From Alphaproteobacteria bacterium (GTDB lineage: Bacteria; Pseudomonadota; Alphaproteobacteria; UBA828), in assembly GCA_965221125.1 (NCBI GenBank), contig CBDCRW010000004.1:928001-992000 (forward strand): a stretch of DNA of 64,000 nt, written 5' to 3'. Positions 51,506-60,946 of this stretch are shown here, piece by piece. The translations under genes and the position numbers were made by a program. The notes under the pieces are model-generated. The model searched no databases and was not told the DNA's origin. It saw only the letters and a program-made list of their open reading frames with translations. Every line of letters starts with the position of its first letter. Position 1 is the first letter of the stretch.

Positions 51506-52446
51506 AACTTCGGGACGCAATCTCTCAGTACATCGAATGGCGACGAGTCCACGGCGCCAAGTTCGAAACCGGTGCCATCACCCTCAACCTGTTTCTAAGG
51601 AGCGTCAATGCGGACATTGACTGTGACGCTGTCACGCGGGCGCAGATCTGCGCATTCCTTGCGGGCGATGGCCGACTTACCCGAAATCGGGAGAACAAGT
51701 ACGGCGCGCTAAATGGATTTTATCAGTTTGCGACTAGCCGCGGATACGCAAGTTCTTCGCCGCTGCCGGACAACGAACCGAGACCTCCAAAGTCAGCACG
51801 GTCTTACATCTTCTCTCGCGATGAGATTCGGCGCATGTTCGACGCTATAGAGTTTAGCCGGCGACATGCGCTGCAGTTAGATGCGGATACCTTCCGCACT
51901 CTGCTTCTGCTTCTTTACGGAACCGGTCTAAGGGGCCAGGAGGCCCGGAAGCTCACGGTGGCGGACGTTGACTTGTCGGCTGCAGTGCTCACCGTGCGTA
52001 ACACTAAGTTCTTCAAGAACCGCTTAGTACCAGTCGGACCGCAACTCAACGGTGCGTTGAAAACATATGCGGTGAAGCGTGCAACTCGATCGTTCCCGCA
52101 GGGGAGAGATTCCGCCTTTCTGGCAAATCGGGACGGAACGCCGCTGCATAAAGATACGATACAGTGCGCCTTTGCCGGGCTGCTTCGCACAGCAGGGATA
52201 CAGGGAACGGACGGTACATGCCGACCTCCGTGCCTTCATGCCTTCAGGCACACCTTCGCCGTACACAGGCTGACAGAGTGGTATCGGAAGGGCGCGGATG
52301 TGCAGCGGCTGTTGCCGTATCTCTCCACTTATCTCGGCCATTCAGAGCTGGCCTACACCCAAGTCTATCTTCCAATGACGCCGGAGCTTCTGCATGAAGC
52401 GGCGCTCCGCTTGGAACGCTATCTGCGGGGAGGGAACGATGAATAA
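51502..52446 (+). CDS. RIT tyrosine recombinase B
   Basis: GTGLR, TKFFKNR, HAFRHTFAV, LSTYLGH, TQVYL. Confidence 0.9.
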   Translation: MKLRDAISQYIEWRRVHGAKFETGAITLNLFLRSVNADIDCDAVTRAQICAFLAGDGRLTRNRENKYGALNGFYQFATSRGYASSSPLPDNEPRPPKSARSYIFSRDEIRRMFDAIEFSRRHALQLDADTFRTLLLLLYGTGLRGQEARKLTVADVDLSAAVLTVRNTKFFKNRLVPVGPQLNGALKTYAVKRATRSFPQGRDSAFLANRDGTPLHKDTIQCAFAGLLRTAGIQGTDGTCRPPCLHAFRHTFAVHRLTEWYRKGADVQRLLPYLSTYLGHSELAYTQVYLPMTPELLHEAALRLERYLRGGNDE

Positions 52447-53434
52447 CAATCAAGTGCTGGGACCTTGGGTCCAACGCTTCTTCCAAGAATACCTTGTAAC
52501 TGAGCGCAATGTAGCTCAAACCACCTGGGAGAACTACCTCTGGACTTTCAAACTGTTTGTGCCGTTTCTCTGCACGACGCTCAAGAAGGCCGACTACAAG
52601 CTAGCTGTTCACGACATCACGTCAGAACTCCTTCTGAAATTCCTCGCTCACGTTGAGCAAGGTCGGAGCTGTTCTGTGCAGACTCGAAACCAACGGTTGA
52701 CAGCCATCCGAGGCTTTGCCCGCTTCGTCGGCGGCCGAGATCCTACACATGTCGGATGGTGCGGTCGAATTTGCAGCGTTCCTTTCAAGAAGGCGATACA
52801 ACAGCCGATAGTCGCGCTCAGCAAGGTTGATGCGGATGCCATGCTTGATGTTCCGGACCGGTCAACGGAGCGAGGCCGTATCGAATACGCCGTTCTTCAC
52901 CTTCTTCGACATGTCGGGGCACGCGTCTCCGAAGCCACTCAACTACGAGTGGGTGATGTGCAAGTCGGGCGCCGCGACGGGCGCCATGCTCTTGTGACGC
53001 TGCACGGAAAGGGCGGCAAGATACGTCAATGCCCGTTGGTGCCGGAAACCGAGCGCGCGTTGACGCCACTGGTCCAAGGTCGCGAGACAAGCAAGGCTGT
53101 CTTCCTCAGCAGGTATGGAAGGCCGTACACTCGGTTCGGAATCTATCGACTTGTCGAGCGTTGTGCCAGCCAAGTTCCTGCCTTGGTCGATAGGAAAGTA
53201 ACTCCTCACGTCTTGAGACACACCGCAGCCTGCGAAATGGTGCGTGCGAGAGTGGACCTCAACACGATTCGGGCAGTGCTGGGGCATGCCAGTCTCGACA
53301 CGACAAACGTCTATGCGGAGATCGATCTCGAACTCAAGGCGCAGGCGCTCGCACTATGCGATGCCGCCGAGCCGGGGCCGGACCGACCGTGGAAGGAGAA
53401 AAAGGGCCTGATGGCCTTTCTGAACTCGTTGTAG
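52439..53434 (+). CDS. RIT tyrosine recombinase C
   Basis: TRNQRL, GARVSE, GKGGK, TPHVLRH, LGHASLDTTNVYAE. Confidence 0.9.
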   Translation: MNNNQVLGPWVQRFFQEYLVTERNVAQTTWENYLWTFKLFVPFLCTTLKKADYKLAVHDITSELLLKFLAHVEQGRSCSVQTRNQRLTAIRGFARFVGGRDPTHVGWCGRICSVPFKKAIQQPIVALSKVDADAMLDVPDRSTERGRIEYAVLHLLRHVGARVSEATQLRVGDVQVGRRDGRHALVTLHGKGGKIRQCPLVPETERALTPLVQGRETSKAVFLSRYGRPYTRFGIYRLVERCASQVPALVDRKVTPHVLRHTAACEMVRARVDLNTIRAVLGHASLDTTNVYAEIDLELKAQALALCDAAEPGPDRPWKEKKGLMAFLNSL

Positions 53435-53443
53435 CCCAGAAAG

Positions 53444-53525
53444 TAATGTTGCGGTGATTCCGGGCCTCTCCGCGCTGGCCGGGGGGTACCGGGCTGACCG
53501 CAACATATGGTCCACCAGCACATTA
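53444..53525. repeat. RIT right 82-bp inverted repeat
   Basis: Exact reverse complement of 50115-50196. Confidence 0.95.
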
Positions 53526-53530
53526 GAAGC

Positions 53531-53552
53531 CAAATGTTGCGCGCAACATTTG
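53531..53552. repeat. perfect 22-bp palindrome CAAATGTTGCGCGCAACATTTG
   Basis: Directly visible; shares ATGTTGCG with the RIT IRs. Confidence 0.9.
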
Positions 53553-53557
53553 GCCAC

Positions 53558-53915
53558 TGTCATCGGCGATCGGCTGGCGCCGTACTTCGACGGGGCCATG
53601 CCCGAGCAGTGCATCGTCAACGAGTACCGCCCCGGCCAGGGCATCGGCATGCACGCCGATCACAGTTCGTTCGGCGACGTGGTGGTCTCGCTCTCGCTTG
53701 GCGACGCCTGGACGATGAACTTCCGGCCCCGTTCGGCCCGCCCCTACGTCCGCGAGGGGCTGGCGTCCGACGAGGTGGCGCTGCTTCCCCGCCGCTCCGC
53801 CCTTGTCCTGCGCGGACCCGCCAGGAGCGCCTTCATGCACGGGATCGATCCCGCCGCCAACGCCAGCCGCACCGAGACGCGCGTCTCTGCGACATTCCGG
53901 ACGCTCTCCCGGTGA
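53558..53915 (+). pseudogene. AlkB-like 2OG-Fe(II) dioxygenase, C-terminal part
   Basis: QCIVNEY-x-PGQGIGMHAD (HxD), SLSLG, MHGI, RVSATFR. Confidence 0.9.
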
Positions 53916-54096
53916 TCACCACCGCCGTTTTCGTCCGTGCCGCAGGCAAGGTCGTCGGCCACCCGGCGGGCCTCGGAGCAGGCGGCAGACGAGAGTGAAG
54001 GGAGGCTTGGAGAAGGTGAGCAGGGCGGGGCCGAGGAGAGGCTCCAGCCCGCTCGTCAACCTTCGTCATCAACTCGAATCGCAAGGAGACACGATC

Positions 54097-54540
54097 ATGG
54101 CGTTCGGACTCAACTCCGCTCAGATCATCGGCCGGCTGGGCGCCGATGCGACCATCAGCAACCTCGCCTCCGGCGGCCGCGTCGCCAATATGTCGGTGGC
54201 GACCGACGAATCCTATATCGATCGCCAGAGCGGCGAGCGGGTGGATCGGACAGAGTGGCACAGGGTCGTCAGCTTCCAGAGCGGGCTGATCGACATGCTG
54301 GAGAAGCACGCGAAGAAGGGCCGGTTGGTCTACGTCGCGGGCAAGCTGCAGACCAGGAAGTGGCGCAAGGACGGCGAGGACAGCGACCGGTTCTCGACCG
54401 AGATCCTGCTCGTGCCCGGTGGCCGCGTGCAGTTCCTGGATCGCCCCGCCGGCACCAACGGCAACGGTGCCCAGACGCCCGACGGTGAGGCTGCGCCGGC
54501 CGCCGACGCCGATCCCGCTGACAGCACCATACCGTTCTGA
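54097..54540 (+). CDS. ssb: single-stranded DNA-binding protein
   Basis: IIGRLGAD, SVATDE, TEWHRVV, KGRLVYVAGKLQTRKW, tail DSTIPF. Confidence 0.95.
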   Translation: MAFGLNSAQIIGRLGADATISNLASGGRVANMSVATDESYIDRQSGERVDRTEWHRVVSFQSGLIDMLEKHAKKGRLVYVAGKLQTRKWRKDGEDSDRFSTEILLVPGGRVQFLDRPAGTNGNGAQTPDGEAAPAADADPADSTIPF

Positions 54541-54577
54541 GCGAAGGGTTTAGCGGGCTTCTCCCTTCCGCTGGCCT

Positions 54578-54619
54578 TGGCCGGACCCGCGTCCCTCCCG
54601 CGCGGGTCCGGCCATTTTT
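54578..54619 (+). terminator. intrinsic terminator after ssb
   Basis: 14-bp perfect stem TGGCCGGACCCGCG/CGCGGGTCCGGCCA followed by TTTTT. Confidence 0.75.
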
Positions 54620-54821
54620 GTGCAGCTTGTTCCGAGTCCCTCACGGGCCGGACGGTGGGGCTCGCGCTTCGCGCGCCGCCCGCCGTCCCGGCTCCCATAA
54701 GAGAAAGAGTGAGGCCGGGACCGGGGGCGTCCCACTCAGCGGTCAGCGAGGTCCCCATGCTCCCCATCACCGCCGACGGTCCCGGCTTCGCCGGGTCCCG
54801 TTCGATCCCGAAGAGTGCGCC

Positions 54822-55802
54822 ATGAACACGGCCGCCGTCGCCGCCGCACTCGCCGAGCGCGCCGAGGAGGTCTGCCGCCGATACCTGCCCTACGGACGCC
54901 GCCGGGGCAGGTACTGGGTCGCGGGCGACCTCGACGGCGGGCGCGGCCGATCCCTCTACGTCCGCCTCGCGCCTCCGGGTGCACCCGGAAAATTCACCGA
55001 TGCGGCCACGGCCGAGCATGGCGATCTGCTCGACATCATCCGTCACCGCATCAACGCGCCGACGCTTCGCGCGGCGCTCGACGAAGCGCGCGCCTTCCTC
55101 GCCCGGCCGGCTGCGCCGGCCCAGGGCGCGGGCGACGTCTACGACGCCACCGAGGCGGCACGCCGCCTATGGCGGCGTTGCCGCGCCATCGACGGCACCC
55201 ATGCCGAGGCCTACCTGCACGCCAGGGGGCTCGACCGCTGCCGCTTCGCCGCTCTGCGCTACCACCCTGCGTTGCTCTACAGGGGTGTCGGTGGCGCGCG
55301 CCGACTGCCCGCGCTGGTCGCCGCCGTCACCGGCTCCGATGAAGCCGTCTGCGGCGTGCTGCGAACGTGGTTGCACCCGACCAGGCCCGCCAAGGCGAAT
55401 CTCTCATCGCCGCGCAAGGCCCTCGGACGGATCTTCGGACATGCCGTCCGCTTCGGCGACCCCGCCGACGGAGCTTCGCTCCTCGTCGGCGAGGGCATAG
55501 AGACCGTGCTCTCGCTGGTGACCGCCGTGCCCTCGATCGCTGCCGCCGCGGCGCTCTCCGCCGGCAGCCTCGGCGCATTCGCGCCTCCGCCGGGCGTCGC
55601 CCGCCTCGTCATCGCCAGGGACAACGACGAAGAAGGCGAGCGCGCGGCTCTCCGTCTCGCCCGGCGCTGCGCGCGGGCGGGCTTCGCCACCACCGTCATC
55701 GTGCCTCGCGGCGCCGACTTCAACGAGGACTTGCTCACCTTCGGTCCCGCCGCGCTCGCCGCCTGGACGGCGGCCGCGCTCGGAGACCGGGAGCTCGGGT
55801 GA
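54822..55802 (+). CDS. Toprim domain (primase-like) protein
   Basis: YW-x-x-GD-x-x-G-x-x-GRSL, EHGDLLD, AEAYL-x-x-RG, VGEGIET, IARDND, DFNEDL. Confidence 0.85.
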   Translation: MNTAAVAAALAERAEEVCRRYLPYGRRRGRYWVAGDLDGGRGRSLYVRLAPPGAPGKFTDAATAEHGDLLDIIRHRINAPTLRAALDEARAFLARPAAPAQGAGDVYDATEAARRLWRRCRAIDGTHAEAYLHARGLDRCRFAALRYHPALLYRGVGGARRLPALVAAVTGSDEAVCGVLRTWLHPTRPAKANLSSPRKALGRIFGHAVRFGDPADGASLLVGEGIETVLSLVTAVPSIAAAAALSAGSLGAFAPPPGVARLVIARDNDEEGERAALRLARRCARAGFATTVIVPRGADFNEDLLTFGPAALAAWTAAALGDRELG

Positions 55803-55879
55803 GGGCAGCCAGGGGGCGAGCCGCACGGAGAGGAGAGAGAGTTCTCTCCGCGCCAGCATCACGCTACGGGGAGAGCACA

Positions 55880-56107
55880 ATGAGCAGCGACATCAGGTTC
55901 CGGCGGGTGGGCGAGAACGAGGCCCACATCTATCAGCACGGCGACCACGTTGGCGACCTCTATCGCCATGACGACATCCTCAACCGCGGCGAGGTGTTCT
56001 ACGTGGTGCATCTCAGCGAAGACCCCCGCGGTCCCGTCAGGGTGCACGAGCGCCATCGCGTCCGCGAGGTCGCCCGCCGCCTCCTCGACACCCACCCGAT
56101 GCTGTGA
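55880..56107 (+). CDS. hypothetical protein (75 aa)
   Basis: GGAG RBS; MSSDIRFRR...VVHLSEDPRGPVRVHER. Confidence 0.6.
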   Translation: MSSDIRFRRVGENEAHIYQHGDHVGDLYRHDDILNRGEVFYVVHLSEDPRGPVRVHERHRVREVARRLLDTHPML

Positions 56108-56761
56108 GCGGTGACGAGCGCCACCGGCGGTGTCATCGGCGGCACCGGGAGCGGCTCGCTCTCAATCCCCTTGCCCGGCCGGCGGCCGGCACCGTGCCTC
56201 CACTCGCCTCGACGGTGCCGCGCCGCTTGCAGGAAAAGAAACAAAGGGTCCGTCCGTCGTGTCCTTACATGATGTCACGCGTGCTCGCGGCAGCAACCCT
56301 GCGGGTGTTCCACCCTTCGGGTGCTTCGGTCGCTGCGCTCCCTGCGCCCTGGCCCAAGGAAGTCTAAGGCGGGCCGTGAAGTTCGGCGACCGTGAAGATG
56401 GCTTGCGTGTAATCACCAACCGCCTCGTCTTGCAGCGCGCCGGCCCCTCGCGCGGGGCCGCCGCGTCACGCTGCACCGCATCAAATCCATTCGCGGAACC
56501 ATTCGTCGCGGCGCCTAGACGCCGGGCAGGCCCAAGCGGGCCCGCCCAGCCCGGCGCCGTAATGACCACTGGAATGGATTTGCTGCGGAGCACCGTTTCC
56601 ATCGGCACGCCGGCGCCATCTTCCGCACCAACATCGCCGAACTTCCGCACCTAAACCCGCCCAAGACTTCCTAGGGCCAGGTGCTGCCACTGCGCGCGCG
56701 TGAATCACAAAGGACATCACGACGGGGCACAGGGTCCCGGAGGATGACAAGGGAGATCGTC

Positions 56762-57679
56762 ATGATCGATACTTCAAGCGCTACAGCGTCTGCAACTGCC
56801 ACCGTTTGCGAGAGCATGGCCCTCTACGGCGCAGCGCCCGAGCGCGGCGAGCTCGACAGCAGGGTCGTCTGGGACGAGGACGATGCCATCGACGCGCTGA
56901 ACGAAGCCATCCGCATCATCGTCGACGGCATCACCGTCGACGGCACTCAGATGGCCGACGAGCGCGAGCCCCTCATGTGGGGCCTGACCAACATGCTGCA
57001 CAGCCAGCTCACCCGCCTCGACCGCGCCGTCGATCGCATCGCGCCCGAGATGCGCGACCTCGAGAAGGCGCAGGATGGATCGGAGGTCAAGGCCTGGGAG
57101 CTGCAGACTATGACCGACCGCGCGCAGAGCCTCGGCGATCGCAGAGACGCCTTCGAGAAGCTCCGCGACCTCGCCGCCGACGCCTACCGCGTCGAGACCG
57201 GAGACACCTGGCGCCCGCGCCACGGCTCGCACGCGAGCCAGACCGGACAGCTCACCTCCGCCGCCATCGACGCACGCGACTTCCGCAGAGCACGCAAGGA
57301 CCGCGAGACCCGCGCGCACCTGCCCGAGGGCACCCTGGTCGCCATCACCGGCGGCAAGACCGTCAGCGATGCCGACGCGGTCTGGAGCACGCTCGACATG
57401 GCGCGCGCGAAGTACGGCGACATGGTCCTGCTACATGGCGGCGGGCCCGGCGTCGAGAAGATCGCCGCGAGCTGGGCCGAGGCCAGAGGCGTCAACCAGG
57501 TCGTCTGCCGCCCCGACTGGAGCGCGCACGGCAAGGCCGCGCCCTTCCGCCGCAACGACGAGCTGCTGAACTTCCTGCCCAAGTGCGTCATCGCCTTCCC
57601 CGGTAGCGGCATCACCGGCAACCTCGTCGACAAGGCGAAGACATTGGGCATACCGGTCATGCAGGTACAGGCCGCGTAG
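56762..57679 (+). CDS. DUF2493 (YspA-like SLOG) domain protein
   Basis: VAITGG, LLHGGGPGVEKIAASWA, PDW-x-x-HGKAAPFRRND, IAFPGSGIT-x-NLVDKA. Confidence 0.85.
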   Translation: MIDTSSATASATATVCESMALYGAAPERGELDSRVVWDEDDAIDALNEAIRIIVDGITVDGTQMADEREPLMWGLTNMLHSQLTRLDRAVDRIAPEMRDLEKAQDGSEVKAWELQTMTDRAQSLGDRRDAFEKLRDLAADAYRVETGDTWRPRHGSHASQTGQLTSAAIDARDFRRARKDRETRAHLPEGTLVAITGGKTVSDADAVWSTLDMARAKYGDMVLLHGGGPGVEKIAASWAEARGVNQVVCRPDWSAHGKAAPFRRNDELLNFLPKCVIAFPGSGITGNLVDKAKTLGIPVMQVQAA

Positions 57680-57696
57680 CAGCGCGCATCCACGAC

Positions 57697-57731
57697 AGCG
57701 GCCGATCCCCGATGCGGGATCGGCCGCTTTC
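57697..57731 (+). terminator. hairpin terminator after the DUF2493 gene
   Basis: 13-bp perfect stem AGCGGCCGATCCC/GGGATCGGCCGCT with a short T run. Confidence 0.65.
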
Positions 57732-58567
57732 GTCATGTTTCACCACGGGCGTCATCAGCGTCGGCCTGTGCGCCGGCACATCGGCATGCGCACCGGAAAA
57801 CCGAGTGCGTGCGCTCAGGCCGGTGCCGCCGCGCTTCGCGCCGGCGACGTCCGCGCTCTGTGCGCCGTCTGATCTTCTCTCGAGAAACTCCGCCGCCATG
57901 CGTCCGGCTCGGCGCGTGCGCGCCATCGCCGGACGCTCGCCTCGCAGCGGCGCGCGCATGGACAGCGCGCGCTCCCGCTTGTGCCGGTGACGATGATCGC
58001 GGCGATGAAGATGGCGAGGATGCAACCGGCGAGTACAGCCGCCGACATCGTGCCGCAAATCACCTTCGACCCATGGACTGCATCTCCCATGCGCGTGCTC
58101 GGCGTCAGCGCCGTCGCCGATGGCGACGAGCGCCACGACACCGCGCCCGACATCGCCGCCGCCGATGGCGACGAGCGCTACGACGCCTCGCCCGACACTG
58201 GTGCCGCCTCGCCTGAACGGCCCGGCGTCACCGAGCCCCGCACTCGTGACGATCATGGTGATCGGTCAACTGCGCCTGCCATGATCGCATGCCCGATCCG
58301 GTCGCGATGCACATCGTTGCGTGCCCGACCCGATCGCCCCTAAGCCCTGCGGACTCCGGTCTTATTCCTGCCGCAATTCAAAAGGGCTGGCCCTGACCGC
58401 TTCTATATCGAACTTGTGTCCCCCTCGACGCTTGCGCGCTTCTGTCCTCACACCCCACGCGCCTGAAGGCGCAAAGCTATTCTGAGGCGACATAGCCTGT
58501 CATGGCCGGACACGAGAGGACGGAATTGTAGCGAATCCACAGGCGGCGGCGTTGGAACGAGCGAATC

Positions 58568-58682
58568 ACATTGAAATACGGCCCCTAGCCGCCTGATTGG
58601 ACGCATGTCTTGACAGGTAGAAATACATTGAAATACGAAGGCGCTTTGCGACTCTAACCGGTTCGTAGTTCTTTGAAACACG
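58568..58682. promoter_or_regulatory. direct repeats in candidate oriT / RHH operator region
   Basis: ACATTGAAATACG at 58568-58580 and 58625-58637, plus GAAATAC at 58620 and TTGAAACACG at 58673. Confidence 0.5.
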
Positions 58683-58775
58683 CGACTTGAAGGGCTGACA
58701 GGGCGACACATGTCCGCAATCCGGGGCGCGAAAGGGTGAACGCCCAGCAAGATTGCCTTGCGGGAGAGTGCTATC

Positions 58776-59159
58776 GTGACGAACAAGAGCAAGACAAGAC
58801 CCCGCCCCAAGACCCAAGTCGACGAAAAATCGACCGGGACTCGCTCGCCGCGGACCATCAGATTCACAGATGCCGAGTGGGCGAAGGTCCAGCGCGCCGC
58901 AGCAGCAGCCAACATTTCGACGGCCACCTTCGCGCGAAACGCCGTCCTGAACGCCTTAGTCGAACCCACGGAGGCCTCGGACGGCGCCCTTCCGCCCGGC
59001 CTGCTCGAGCTGGTCAAGCGCACTTATCGCAGCGCCTACATCCTTTCGACGCTCAAGCGGGACGACATGATCCGCGAAGGGCGGCAGGAACAACTCGAAC
59101 GTACGGTTCAGGCAGCCCGCGATGCCGAGGCTCACGTCCTGGGCGACGCGTCCGAGTAG
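58776..59159 (+). CDS. ribbon-helix-helix relaxosome accessory-like protein
   Basis: RTIRFTDAEWAKVQRAA...ISTATFARNAVL (RHH pattern); GTG start. Confidence 0.7.
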   Translation: MTNKSKTRPRPKTQVDEKSTGTRSPRTIRFTDAEWAKVQRAAAAANISTATFARNAVLNALVEPTEASDGALPPGLLELVKRTYRSAYILSTLKRDDMIREGRQEQLERTVQAARDAEAHVLGDASE

Positions 59160-59344
59160 GTCGTAGTACCCGCCACCTCAGCCTCTCGGCACGGCATTCA
59201 TCGGAGCGCTTGACGGCGGCAAGCGCACCGAGCAGATGTTCGTTGCCGACCGGCACGGCCATACGGCCGGAATGCACAGGCTATTCGCGATCCGGAGGAT
59301 ATCTTGAGCCCGGAGCATCATGGCTTGGGACAACTCGAAAGGAC

Positions 59345-59747
59345 GCCGTCATAAGAGTCCGTGAGACAGCTTCCTTGGCGCTGTCGGCGCTGCCCGCTGC
59401 GGCGATGGCAACAGAGACGGTGCTGATCGATATCGGCGCATTGCCATCCCAAATAGGTCTACGCTGTCGCGGATATCATACCTCTGGCCGTTTCGCCGTC
59501 GAGCAAGCTGGCTGTTGTCTTGCTCGACCTTGAGGAAGGCGAGGTCTTGCCGCCTCATGCTACCGAGAGCGGTTTGCGCCTGCTGACGGTGATTTCGAGT
59601 ACGATGTCCTGGGGCGATGGCAGCGAGGTCGACGAGACGAAGGAAACCGTCTGTCCACCCGGAAGTGTGCTGACCATCCCCGCTAAGCTCGACCATTGGC
59701 TGGCCGCGCAGCGAACCGGTTCGCATTCAACTGATCTTGCTCGATGA
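59345..59747 (+). pseudogene. degraded cupin-like gene
   Basis: LEEGEVLPPHAT...LLTVIS...PGSVLTIPAKLDHWL in one frame; signal-like N-terminus in another. Confidence 0.4.
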
Positions 59748-59884
59748 AGAAGCCTTGGTTCCAGGAATACTGGAACAGATGAAGGAAAGGCGGTCCCGCC
59801 GGCTCAGTATGGTCGCTGCTCGCCCAGGGTCGGCCTTGCGAGCAACGGCACATAGCAGCATCTCGCCTGATCGTCACTGATCGC

Positions 59885-60529
59885 CTATCGGCGATAGATG
59901 CTGATGAGCCGCGCAACCAGAAGGGCTATGTAAAGTACGCCGGCGACCGCCTCCAGAGACGTCCAAATCCGCGCCACAGCGGTCACCGGACGGATGTCGC
60001 CGTAGCCCAGGGTCGTCAACGTCGTGAGGCTGAAGTATAGGAAATCGTTCCAGCCGACCGACGCGCCCGTTCCCGTCAGATCGAATGAACCCGGCACAAG
60101 GGTCTCGATGAACCGATACGACACTCCCCACACGACGCCGATCAGCAGATAAACGGCCACCGCTCCGCAGAGCGTGTCGAAATCAGCCTCACTGACTGCG
60201 ATTATCCGACGAAGCATTGGGCCGAGCGCGTACATAAGGAGGCAGATCGCCAGACCGTCGGAGATCAGGACCGTGACATCTCCCGTGAACGGCCTAGCCC
60301 ATGTCACCACGGTCCACGCGACGGCCAACCCTGTCGCGGCGACCAGGCCGGCTTTGCGGTTGCTCGCCACATATGCCGAGGCGGCCAGAAGAAGAGAAAA
60401 CAGGGTCAGAAGGACTGCCCGGCCCACGGCGGCCTCCTCCGCTACAGGTCCGAGGATGACCAGAAGCAGCAGAGCTGCGAGCAACCCGGAGAAGCGAAAA
60501 CGTCCGAAAAGCCTATTGTTGATTCTCAT
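59885..60529 (-). CDS. potassium channel domain membrane protein
   Basis: LYFSLTTLTTLGYGDIRP selectivity filter; multiple TM helices. Confidence 0.85.
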   Translation of the reverse strand: MRINNRLFGRFRFSGLLAALLLLVILGPVAEEAAVGRAVLLTLFSLLLAASAYVASNRKAGLVAATGLAVAWTVVTWARPFTGDVTVLISDGLAICLLMYALGPMLRRIIAVSEADFDTLCGAVAVYLLIGVVWGVSYRFIETLVPGSFDLTGTGASVGWNDFLYFSLTTLTTLGYGDIRPVTAVARIWTSLEAVAGVLYIALLVARLISIYRR

Positions 60530-60946
60530 CACCAAGACCATGCGAAGAGACGGGGAGTCAGACTGAGCAGCCTCGTCAAACGGCTCACGGCGCCGGTCAG
60601 CGGTTCCGGCCGCAACCGCCCATTGTCCCGTCGACCCCGACAGTCCCGGCAAAATAGACCGCTGTATGGATCACGGTCTTGAGCCGGTGCGTCGCACCTT
60701 CTGTCATTGTGAACAGTTTGAGGCCGATGAAGCCGCCGACGGCACCCGTCACTGCGGAAATGAAGCGCAGTACCTGCTTCTGCCTCAAGGGCAGATGTCT
60801 TCCGTGAAGAGGTTACGCCGTCAGCGCATCTGCTCATGGCGCGGCACTGTCGAGGGAATTGAAGCAAGTCGGATTGGATCTTCAAGGCTGTTCTGCGAAC
60901 GGGCTCATGCTACTGCACAGGCAGTGATACGGGCGAGAATTGCGGG

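Larger units (their letters stand above)
50115..53552 (+). mobile_element. RIT (recombinase-in-trio) element
   Basis: Three overlapping tyrosine recombinases, lower GC, perfect 82-bp IRs, GCCAC duplicated at 50110-50114 and 53553-53557. Confidence 0.95.
15800..59200. mobile_element. degenerate ICE-like integrative element (ends approximate)
   Basis: Integrase at left; ParB, RadC, strawberry-notch, ssb, Toprim, DUF2493 and RHH are typical alphaproteobacterial conjugative-element backbone genes. att sites not resolved. Confidence 0.7.

Noticed and set aside
58110-58190. Tandem GCCGATGGCGACGAGCGC(C/T)ACGAC duplication as a CRISPR-like array
   Set aside because: Only two copies with a short spacer and no cas genes; likely a local duplication in a degraded ORF.
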